Of a DNA stretch of 64,000 nt, positions 8,897-18,900 are shown one piece after another (position 1 is the first letter of the stretch; each line of letters opens with the position of its first letter). The position numbers and the translations under genes are program-made. Source of the DNA: Actinomycetes bacterium (GTDB lineage: Bacteria; Actinomycetota; Acidimicrobiia; Acidimicrobiales; JAJZXF01); contig JAJZXF010000003.1 of the NCBI GenBank assembly GCA_021802485.1, positions 1,636 to 65,635 on the forward strand, in the 5' to 3' direction. The notes under the pieces were generated by a model. The model saw only the letters and a program-made list of their open reading frames with translations. It made no database searches and was not told the origin of the DNA.

Positions 8897-10714
8897 ATGG
8901 CCTACTGGACCCCAACCAGCTGGGCTACCGCAGTGCTCAAGTACTTGGGCGCTCCGATCACCCAGAACAACATCGACAACATCACTCGCTGGATGCGTGC
9001 GGAAAAAGGAGCCGACTGGTTCAACCGGAACAATCCCTTGAACTCATCGGTCGGCACGGACTCCATCGACGGCACGGGTTCGTATCCGAACCTCGGTGTA
9101 GCTGCAAGGAACGTCGCGGGAATGATCAACCAGGGGAATATGAGTGGGATCAAGCAGGCACTCATGTCGAACGCACCGCTTCCCACCTTCTCTGCAGCGG
9201 TGGTCGAGTCTCCGTGGGCGAGTTCACATTACGGCGGAAACCCCTCCTACTTCACCGACGTTCCGCCCTTGCCTAACACCGAAGCGCCAGTGTCAGCAGG
9301 AACTACTGACCTCACCCCCCCCACCACGGTGGACAGCAACCCCACGACCTCAACCGGCACAGGATCGACCGGCACAGGATCGACCGGCACGGGAACCTCA
9401 GCGGGCACTTACACCGTTCAGGCAGGCAACACTCTCTGGGGTATTGCGAAGCAATACGGCATCCCAGTTGCCGCACTCATTGCGGCCAACCCGCAGATCA
9501 CCAATCCAAACCTGATCTTTCCCGGAAACGTAATCAATATTCCCCAGCAGTCCTCATCTCCCAGAACCCCGCCACCAAGACCGAAACCGGTAACCAAACC
9601 CATTACAAGACCCGGATCACGAGGTTCCGGCGGGCGGATATTCGTCGACATAAATGCAAACCTTTCAATGGCTGGGCGGATGCAGGCGCACGCCAACCAA
9701 CTCGGCGATATCCGCCTCAGCTTGCTCAGCGTCGCTTCACGGACTTCACCGCCACCACCACAGGTAAGTGGACTGCTCAATTCGCTCAACAGACTTCTAG
9801 ACCAGCTGAATACGGTCACGACCAACCTGCACGCTCAGGCAAAAGGAGTCATTGACAACGCTCGCGGTCTCGCAGCCGAAGAGCGCCACGCAACAAGCAA
9901 CTATACCAATTTGGGACACCAGATCACATGGCCTGATATGATATGGGACGTCCAGTACGCAGGCAGTGTGCCTGGCTTTCTTCGGCCCCTCTTCGAGTTT
10001 GTCGACGCGGAGCTGGCATCCCTGGTGTCACTGCCAAAGACCTCGTTCCCAAGCGTTCTGCCATTGCACACTGCACCCGTAGAGGTGCCAACGGCGCCAG
10101 TCGTTTCGTCAACGCCAGTGTCGGTCGGACCAGTCGGATCCGGTATCCTTGCCACCTCGATCGCGACCGCAGGTGTGACGGTGGCACAAGAGGAGGCGAA
10201 CTTCGCCAAGTCACAGATCTATTGGAACGGTCCTTACGGACGGGTGCTGCTCAATTCATCACAATGGCTGGGGGGCCATGGGATTGATGTGCACTCCGAC
10301 GCCGGAACGAACTATAAGGGGCATTATCAGTGCGTCACACTCGTGACGGACCTCTTCCGTGAGAGGGGTTGGATTCATGGCTCGTGGTTGGGCAACGGCA
10401 ACACCCTCCTCAATTCTCTGCCGCCTGGAGTAACGAAACAGCTCAACGGCCACATCACCCATCTCGTCCCCGGAGATGCAGTAAGCATGCAGGTCGCACA
10501 TGACGGTGTAACGGACCAATACGGGCACGCCGTTGTGGTTAACCAGATCATCAAGTGCTCCAACGGCTACATGGTGCAGTTCGTCAATCAGAATTCACCA
10601 ACCGTCTACACCTACGGCACGCTGAGTCCTTCCGGAGTTCTGACCATGAACCCCTCAGGCTCCTGGTCCTACGACATTATTGGTGTGGCACACGCCACCG
10701 CCAACACGGGCTAA
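8897..10714 (+). CDS. LysM + CHAP domain peptidoglycan hydrolase without recognisable signal peptide
   Basis: 605-aa ORF, 46 nt after the WXG-like gene. LysM: YTVQAGNTLWGIAKQYGIPVAALIAANPQITNPNLIFPGNVINIP. C-terminal CHAP-like domain has a Cys in HYQCVTLVTDLF and a His in YGHAVVVNQI. The N-terminal 130 aa is unassigned (NNPLNSS motif). A helical middle segment is present. The N-terminus MAYWTPTSWATAV is not Sec/Tat-like. Confidence 0.8.
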   Translation: MAYWTPTSWATAVLKYLGAPITQNNIDNITRWMRAEKGADWFNRNNPLNSSVGTDSIDGTGSYPNLGVAARNVAGMINQGNMSGIKQALMSNAPLPTFSAAVVESPWASSHYGGNPSYFTDVPPLPNTEAPVSAGTTDLTPPTTVDSNPTTSTGTGSTGTGSTGTGTSAGTYTVQAGNTLWGIAKQYGIPVAALIAANPQITNPNLIFPGNVINIPQQSSSPRTPPPRPKPVTKPITRPGSRGSGGRIFVDINANLSMAGRMQAHANQLGDIRLSLLSVASRTSPPPPQVSGLLNSLNRLLDQLNTVTTNLHAQAKGVIDNARGLAAEERHATSNYTNLGHQITWPDMIWDVQYAGSVPGFLRPLFEFVDAELASLVSLPKTSFPSVLPLHTAPVEVPTAPVVSSTPVSVGPVGSGILATSIATAGVTVAQEEANFAKSQIYWNGPYGRVLLNSSQWLGGHGIDVHSDAGTNYKGHYQCVTLVTDLFRERGWIHGSWLGNGNTLLNSLPPGVTKQLNGHITHLVPGDAVSMQVAHDGVTDQYGHAVVVNQIIKCSNGYMVQFVNQNSPTVYTYGTLSPSGVLTMNPSGSWSYDIIGVAHATANTG

Positions 10715-11126
10715 GTGCTGCGAGCCGCTTTTCAACGGCCATTCACAACCTCTACGGGATCACTCTTAGAGCCCCGGTAGAAGTGAACTGGGTGAGCCTG
10801 CAGATCGCCTTGCAATCCATGTTCCGCCGTAGCTGGTAGAAGTTGCACAGCACAGCAACGAGACGGGCCGCTCAACCGACCCCCGTGAGCCCTTGTTGGT
10901 TGTCTCTGCGTCATGCTTCGCTCGGGTTCAGCAGGGCGAATCATGGGTGCCCTGTCCCTTTCGCGCGTCCTTCTTCCCATCATCCCGGTCAGTGAATTTC
11001 CGACACGTCACACCCACTCTATCTTGAGAATGCCCCTGGAGGTGTGTCGTTGGCCGTGTAGCTGACCAGAACTCTTATCGAGCACCCAGCCCCGAAGGTG
11101 CTTCATGCCACAGCGACTCTTTGGGT

Positions 11127-11873
11127 CTACGTGGAGGCTATCCCCACCATCGGTGCGTTCAGATGCCTTCCACCCATTGATCCGTAAAACCTAGCGTCTC
11201 CGTAGTTGAACACGCCCCCGTCCGATGCAACTGTCCAGTACCCTTGGTCATCCGGGGTGGATGCGATGCTCACCATGGGTGCGTTCAAAGGCTTTCCACC
11301 CTGTGAGCCATAGAAGTGCGCGTCGCCAAACGCAAAGACCCCACCGTCTGCTGCGACGAGAAGGTATCCCTTTCCATCAGGGGTCGGCACCATGCCTATG
11401 ACGGGCGAGTTCAGGTGCCTTCCACCCATCGAGCCGTAGAACTGAGCGGTACCAAAGGCGAACAGCCCACCGTCGGAGGCGACCAGCCAATAGCCGTTGC
11501 CACCTGGGGTTGGCGCCATGCCAACCACAGGCGCGTTCAGGTGCTTTCCGCCCATAGAGCCGTGGAACTTGGAGTCTCCGTAGCTGAAGATGCCCCCGTC
11601 TGCAGCCACGGTCCAGTACCCGCACCCGCGAGGACCAGACGCGATGCCGACCATCGGCGCGTTCAGGTGCTTGCCACCCATGGACCCGTGGAACGCTGCA
11701 TTGCCGAAGCTGAAGATGCCCCCGTCCGATGCGACGGTCCAATAGCCTTTGCCGGAGGGAGTGGCCGCCATCGCCACCATCGGTGCGTTCAGGTGCTTGC
11801 CACCCATGGACCCGTGGAACGCTGCATTGCCGTAGCTGAAGATGCCGCCGTCTGATGCCACGGTCCAGTACCC
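11127..11873 (-). repeat. 6 x 126-nt (42-aa) coding tandem repeat, diverged copies
   Basis: Period read from the protein: GYW[TL]VA[SA]DGG[ILV]F.[FY]G.A.F[YH]GS.GG..LN[AS]P[MV]VG[MI]A..P... Confidence 0.8.
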
Positions 11874-13238
11874 CATAGACGGCACAGATGAGACCTGCAG
11901 AGCGCCTGTGGCCTCGATCAGGTTGCCCTTTGTCGTGGTTGATGTGCCCGAATAACAGGGTGGGGTTGAGTAATAGTAAGAACCCAGTGCAGCGCACGCT
12001 GATGCACTTTCACATGACACGGACTGAAGGGCGTTATAAGGGGATGGAACTTGTCCAGTACCCAGGGTCGTGTCCACGTTCGGGCTGGAGACGACTGACC
12101 AGGTGGAGCCGTTGTAGGTCTCAACGAGGGTGAGAGTCGGAGAAACGGATCCAACCAGGGTGTCGACGGAACCCACCGCTGCGCAGAATGTTGCGCTCGT
12201 GCAAGATACGCTGTCCAGGAAGTTCCCCCAGCCAGGATTGGGATTGGGATTGGGACTAGGCGTGATGGACCACGAGGAGCCATCATAGGTCTCAACGAGT
12301 GTACCCACACTATTGTAGCTGTTGACAGAGTAGGCACCAACGGCTTCACAAAACATCGCGCTGACGCACGACACTCCGGAATACAAATAATTACGTGATG
12401 TGGAGCCACTAGGGTTGGGATTGGGCATAACGCTCCACGTGAAGCCGTTGTAGGTTTCGATGAGACCTTTAGTTGAGTTAGGCAGGTCGTAACCGCCAGC
12501 AGCCATACAGAACATGCTGCTGGCACACGACACGCTTAGCAAGCGGACAATACCATTTCCTTCGTTGGGACTCGGTGTAATCGACCAGGAAGAGCCATTG
12601 TATGTCTCGACGAGGGTAGCACCAGCTTGGTTGCTGGCAGTCGTGTAATAGCCAACGGCTTCACAAAACTTTGCGCTGGAACACGACACGCCAGTCAGAA
12701 TGTCTTGATCGGTTGCAGATGTGTTAGGGCTGGGCGTAATCGACCAAGACGAGCCGTTGTATGTCTCGACGAGGGTATGATATGGGGAAACAGCTCCAGT
12801 GCTCCAAATGCCGACAGCGACACAGAACGACGCGCTCGGACATGACACAGCGTTGAGCGAGCCATAGCCGTGCCCATTCGCTATTTTGGGACTGGGCATA
12901 ACGCTCCACACGTGACCGTTGTAGGTCTCGATGAGCGCGCTATACGTATTCGAACTAGCTGTCACACTAGTTGGCCTCGGCCCAACTGTGACACAGAATG
13001 ATGAGTTCACACAGGAGATGCCACGAAAATAAAATCCGCCAAAAGCCAAGCCAAACCGTTGTGCCTGCGGGCTTGCGACAATCGCCCACGTTCCCGCTGT
13101 ACCTGAAGCAGCTGCGCTCGCCATTGGCATCCCCGCGAGTCCGGCCGACGCCAGAACAACGCAGAGGCAGGTGCCGACCATTGCCGCTGCGCGATAGATC
13201 GATCTTGGCGCGGAAGACTCCTTCGAATGAGGGTCCAT
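11127..13238 (-). CDS. Secreted two-module repeat protein (Cys-pair repeats + six GYW/ASDGG 42-aa repeats)
   Basis: ORF 11127..13250, preferred ATG at 13238 just after the upstream stop. Signal-like N-terminus ([29 protein letters not shown]). Carries about 8 repeats of the ..SC.S..FC.AVG ... [17 protein letters not shown] type, then 6 repeats of [36 protein letters not shown]. Confidence 0.85.
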   Translation of the reverse strand: [703 protein letters not shown]

Positions 13239-13240
13239 CG

Positions 13241-15657
13241 CTAGCCCCACTGCTCAGCAAGGGTCTGGCTGATGCCCGAGGCGCTCATCTCGAATCCTGT
13301 TGCGAGGCAGCTGGCAGAAGAAGCACACGTCACGCCGTTGAGGGCGTTCATCGTAGAACTCGGGTTCGGGGTCGTCGGGATTGACCAAGAAGTTCCGTTC
13401 CGGGACTCCGCGAGGGTCTCTGTCGCGCCCGATGAGTCGACGTAGCCACCGACTGTCATACACGAACTCGACGACGAACACGAGACGCCATAGAGGAAGT
13501 TGTTCAGTGACGTAGAGGTGTTTGGACTTGTCTGGGTGACCCACGATGTGCCGTTCCAGTACTCGATGAGGGTCTGGTAGACACCTGAGGAGTCGATGTA
13601 GTCACCGACTGCTTCGCAGGAAGTCGATGACGCACATGAGACGCCGTAGAGGAAGTTGTCCTGTGACGTGGAGGTGTTTGGACTTGTCTGGATAACCCAC
13701 GATGTGCCGTTCCAGTACTCGACGAGGGTCTGTGGGGCACCTGAGGAGTTGATGTAGAAGCCCGTTGCTACACACGAGCTCGACGAGACACACGAGATGC
13801 CGTTGAGGTAGTTAGCAGAAGTGCTTGGATTCTGGCTTGTCATGGTGGACCATGATGTGCCGTTCCAGATCTCCGCGAGGGTCTCAACCGGCTGCTGGGT
13901 CCCGCTCGTGGTGGGTGCTGCCTGGGAGTCACCGACCGCTATGCAAGAAGTGCTCGACACACAGTCGACCCCCATCAACTGATTGAGCGAGGATGGAGAC
14001 GTGTCGGGATTCGGGCTGTTGACGATGGACCAGTTGCTACCGTTGTACTGCTCTATCAGGGTGTAGTCGGCGAAGCCGGTTGTGCTGAACTGGTTCGAAG
14101 GTACGTTGAAGTACGCACCTGCTGCAACACAGAAGCTAGAAGACACACACGATACTCCGTTGAGCGAGTTGTCGACTGGGGGGGTGCCATTACTCAGGCT
14201 TGTGTTATTCGGACTTGTGACTATTGACCACGTGAAGGTGCTCGAGTTCCAGGACTCAACGAGGGTCTGGAGGTAGCTGAAGTGGCCAACCACGTCGCAG
14301 CTCGTAGAGGTGGTACACGATATCGCTCTCAACTGGTCACTAAAGGATCCCTGAGACTCCGTCGTCCCATTTGCGCTTGTGGAAATAGCGAACCCGCTGT
14401 TGTTGCCGGACTCGACGATGGTCTGGTAGTCGTACCCTGGCTGAAACGATCCGTCCGCGTAGCACGAAGTCGAAGATGAACACGAGATGCCGTAGAGGTA
14501 GTTGTTCGCAGGCGCTGTGCTAGACGGCCCACCGCCCCCGTTCACGCCACCGCTCTCGTTCCCGCTGGAGATGACACTAGCGTTGTTGGCGCATGTACCG
14601 GATAGACACCAATAGTCCACCAGGGTCTGGTCAACGCCCAGACTCGTGTCGTAGTAGTAACCAGCTGCATAGCAGCCGTCACTTGAAGGACACGAGATGC
14701 CATACAGGTAGTTGTTTCCAGAGCCCACGTTCCCAGCTAGTGACCCACCGACAGCCCACTTGGTGGGAGATCCGGCCTCATATAGAAAAAGCACCTGGTC
14801 CACACCGGAGGAGTCCACGTAGTAACCGGCCGCGAAGCACTCGTTCGATGACACACAAGACACTCCATAGAGGTAGTTGTTGCCGTTGTTGGCATTACTC
14901 GAAGTCGCCACGGTCCAGCTGGTGCCATTCCAGTAGTCGATGAGTGTTTGGGCGAGGCCTGAGGAGTTGACGTAGTAACCCGCTGCGTAGCACTCGGTTG
15001 ATGACACACAGGTTGCGCTGTTCAGGTAGTTGCTCTCCGACGTGGAGGTGTTCGGACTCGACTGGATCGACACCGTTGGGGGTGAGGTTGAGCCGTTGTA
15101 CTGCTCGATGAGGGTCTGGTAGACCCCGGAAGAGTCCACGTAGTCACCTACTGCTGTACACGAAGTCGATGACGTACACGAGACGCCGTTCAGGTAGTTG
15201 CTCTCCGATGTGGAGGTGTTCGGACTCGACTGGATGATGGACCACGAAGTCCCGTTGTACTGCTCGATGAGGGTCTGGTAGACACCTGAAGAGTCCACGT
15301 AGTCACCTACTGCTATGCAGGAAGTCGATGACGTGCAAGAGACGCCGTTCAGGTAGTTGTTCTGGTTCGTACCGTTGTTCTGACTTGAGTCTTGGGCCCA
15401 GGTGGGTGGCCCTCCGGAGGTGCCGGGGGACTCGGTGGCTGCAAGGGTGGCTTTCACAGCGAAGTTGCCTGCTGAAAAACATGTAGAGCCTGAACAACTC
15501 GTGCTATAAAGAGCATTGTCTTGCGTTGCGCTAGAGTTCGCGCTCGTTACGCTGGACCAGCTCGGAGATGTTGCTGATGCACCCCCCCCAGAGTGAGAAG
15601 TGCGCTAGCTGCTATCGCAGCTGTCGCTATCGAACGTGGGAATGCCCTTTTTCGCAT
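13241..15657 (-). pseudogene. Secreted Cys-pair repeat protein split by a frameshift at a G8 tract (pseudogene, phase-OFF allele or assembly error)
   Basis: ORF 13241..15457 (738 aa) has about 14 WNGTSW...SPN...N.L.GVSC.S.T.C.AVG.Y repeats but no signal peptide. The same frame stays open upstream to 15604 and encodes another repeat. A 35-codon ORF from the ATG at 15657 (AAGAGG 8 nt upstream) encodes MRKRAFPRSIATAAIAASALLTLGG, a typical signal peptide. It leaves frame at G8 (C8 on plus, 15582-15589). One extra G would fuse both parts into an 805-aa precursor. Confidence 0.75.
15582..15589 (-). repeat. Homopolymeric G8 tract (C8 on plus strand) at the signal-peptide/mature-domain junction
   Basis: Read directly: a-cccccccc-a at 15581-15590. 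Frame analysis is given in the previous feature. Confidence 0.95.
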
Positions 15658-15993
15658 TGGTGAGCCTCTTTTCCACTTGTTTCATCATTCGCTTGCGAGC
15701 GAAATGCCCGGAGTCGTTCCAAGTTGTGCTTCCGGTGCCCAGGAACACAACCTGTGTAAACCCTCACCCGGATCACACTTACCACACCAATCTGGAGTCC
15801 GTCAATGATGTTTGCGCTATGAAGCGCATTGGTGTCGCAAACCATGCCTGGCTCAGCATGCGAGTTTGCCAACGCATCCCGAGGTCCACGATGGCCACGA
15901 GACCGCGAGTGGAAGTATCTCCTGGATGAGTCGTGTGATCACTTCAAGCGCCAGCGCGCGGTCTGTCCGAGCCAGCGCTTTCGCCGCAGGCGC

Positions 15994-18900
15994 TCAGCGA
16001 GCCACCTGAACGAGGCTTACCCCGGAACGTTGCGCAAGGTATCCGCGCCCTGGGGGAAACCGCACAGTAGAACGCCGGGGGAACCGCACGCCGAACAGGT
16101 CGCCATCGACATCCACATCCGGCATGATCACCAAGCCGTGCTTGGCCTTTCGCATCTCAGACAGCCACCCTGCGTACGCGCGGTGCGCTCTATGGGTCTG
16201 GCAGGCGGCACAGATAATCGTCGTCTGCTCCCGGGTCTTTCGGACCAGCTTCTCGAGATGGTCAGCGACGGGTCCTTCCAACAGCTCCTCTGCATCGTCG
16301 ATGATCACCACTGTGGGAGCTACGCTTGAACCCTGCGACGAAGCCACCATGTCCAGCACCGCCGCGTAAACCTCGTCCTGGCCGCTTGCTATCGATGTCC
16401 AGGTATCCAGGGCAGTCAGCGGCGTCCTGCGCGGCGCAAGCAGCACCATCGGTCCTTCCCGGAAGGCTGCCCTCAGACCCCGGGCCAGCGTCGCAAGAGC
16501 GACTGATCGCCCGGATCCATCCGGGCCGCAGATGAGAAAGGTAGGGTTCTCATCTAGACGCACCGCCATGGGGCGGAGATCCGCGCCGTCGATAGCAAAG
16601 GGGATCCTGCGCATGGCAGAAACAGGCGCGGGGAGGACGTCCGCTGGTATATCATCGCCCAATACCTCCACCGAAGGTGCCCGCTGCCCGTCGGAAGCAC
16701 TCAAGGCAGCGCCAAGCTTCTTGATGCATTCAACCTGGGCTCTGCCTGAGGCGTCGTCTCCGAGCACTGCCACATGGATCTCCGCCCCGCTGGAGAGGAA
16801 GCCTCTCCCTGGCGGGAGATCGGCATCGCCCACGTTCCGCAGGCCAAGCCACTGGTACTCATCAGCGTCCCCCATGCGCAAGATCACCCGGCCTGGTATC
16901 GAAGCAAGAAGCCGGTTCGGCACGCCGCCCCTGCGGTCCACGCTGATCACGAGGTGGACCCCGACAGACGATCCGTCTGCTGCGATCTGGGCCAGCCGAT
17001 CGATCTGCGCTCCAGCATCAAGATCGCCGAACACATCCACAAAACCGCTGTAGCCGTCGAGCAGGAGGACCACCCACGGGCTACGCTGTCCCTCCGGTTG
17101 CCCGGAGCGGAGCTCCATGAACGAGCCCGCTGCTGCGCTCCCAAGTGCAACCTGGCGCTCGGCCACGATACGCTCCAACAGAGCGAGGATACGTTCAGCT
17201 CGCTCGATGTCGCTCGCCGTCGCGACTCCGCCGCACTGGGGCAGGGCCTCGATCGCCTGAAGCCCGCGAGTAGCGAAGTCCAGGCCGTACAGATTGAGAT
17301 CCGAGGCGCTCCATCGCTCGGAGAGCCCGGCCGCAATTGTCCGCAAGAGCGTGGTCTTGCCCGAACCTCCCGTGCCAAACACCAACAAGTGGCCCAACTC
17401 GTCAAAGTCGAGCACCAACGGATCCTGGCTCTGACTCTCAGGCCTGTCCACAACCCCAGCTACCGTCGAGAGCCGCTCCCTTGGAATGGACTCGCTCGCA
17501 AGTGTCGCTAGCGAGTAGCTCGTAGCGAGCGGATCCAGCCACGGACGTCGTGGCAAGCTCGACCCGGATGCGCTCCAGGCCTCGCACACCGCAGCCACCA
17601 ACCGTTGCAAATCGCTTTCACCGGAACGATCCGCCTCCGATTTCGGCCAGCTGATTGGCGAGGGTCCGAACGCAATGGGTCGCACGTTGACAACCGGCTC
17701 GCTCCCCGCCTCGCTACGGCGCCCTCCGACATAGGCGACCTGCACCGGGTGAATGTCGCTGCCCGAACGTATGAACGCACGGCCTACGAGGTCGTCTGGA
17801 ATGCGAGCCGCATCTGGGACAGTCAGGATGTCTACCGACTCCTGGTCGTCGTGAAAGCGCAAGGAGATCCGCACCGGGACGTTCGTGCGTATCTTATCGT
17901 CGATAATGCCCGCTGGGCGCTGGGTAGCGAGCACCAGATGTACCCCGAGTGAGCGCCCACGAGCTGCGATGTCGACCACACCGTCAACAAATTCCGGGAC
18001 GCTTGTCTTCAAGAACGCAAACTCATCAAAGACAAGCAACAACGAGGGTGGTGCATGTTCTGGATCACCCTGCTCGAAGTCGATGAGGTTCTTGTACCCC
18101 GCGGCAGCGAGGAGATGCTCCCGACGGCGAACCTCTGCCTCCAAGGACTCGAGCGCGCGCCTCGCAAGATGGCCGTCGAGGTCGGTAAAGTACCCCGTGA
18201 CATGAGGCAGCTCGGTGCACTCCTTGAAAGCCGCTCCGCCCTTGTAGTCGATGAGTACGAACGTGAGGCGCTCCGGCGGATGGGAAGCTGCAAGCGCGGC
18301 AACGAACGTCTGCAAGAGCTCGCTCTTGCCAGCCCCAGTTGTTCCACCCACCAGCATGTGTGGTCCTTCTCGCTGGAGATCGAGCACTTGTGGGCCATCA
18401 GCGTTAACACCAATGATCCCGGGAAGACCAATGCGCGATCGGGCCCACCGGCTCGCGATACCCTCTGGGGTTGGGTCCTCTAGCGCGAGAAGTTCAAGCA
18501 GGTTGACCTGGCGCGGGAGCTCGCTGCCACGACCGCCCGCAGTCACATCACGGAGCGGCGCCAGTGCCAAGGCTACCTTCTCAACCAGGCGCACTGGCAC
18601 CAAATCGGCGAGGATCCCGTTTATGGTCACCCCTTCACGCACCTGGACCAGTGACAGCTCCCCCGCATTTTCGGGCGTCGATGACAGGGTCACGAAATGC
18701 GTGCACTCCCCCGGCAGTGACCTGACCGCTTCAGACACGACCAGTGCGGTCACTCCAACCGCTGGGCCTGACTCGAGAACCCGGGAGAGCATCGGCCGGG
18801 AAAGCTCCATGTCTCCGGCTATTACGAGAAGGACGTGAGGCATATGCCTGGACTTTCCAGCGCCGAAGCCCCCTCCAGCCGGTTCCTGACGCGTCCGCAC

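Noticed and set aside
9315-9322. Other G/C homopolymers of 8 nt (9315-9322, 29094-29101, 42641-42648)
   Set aside because: All lie in frame within intact genes and encode Pro/Gly runs (LTPPTT, PPPPPPPP, GGGG). They show no frameshift or regulatory placement, though they are equally prone to sequencing error.
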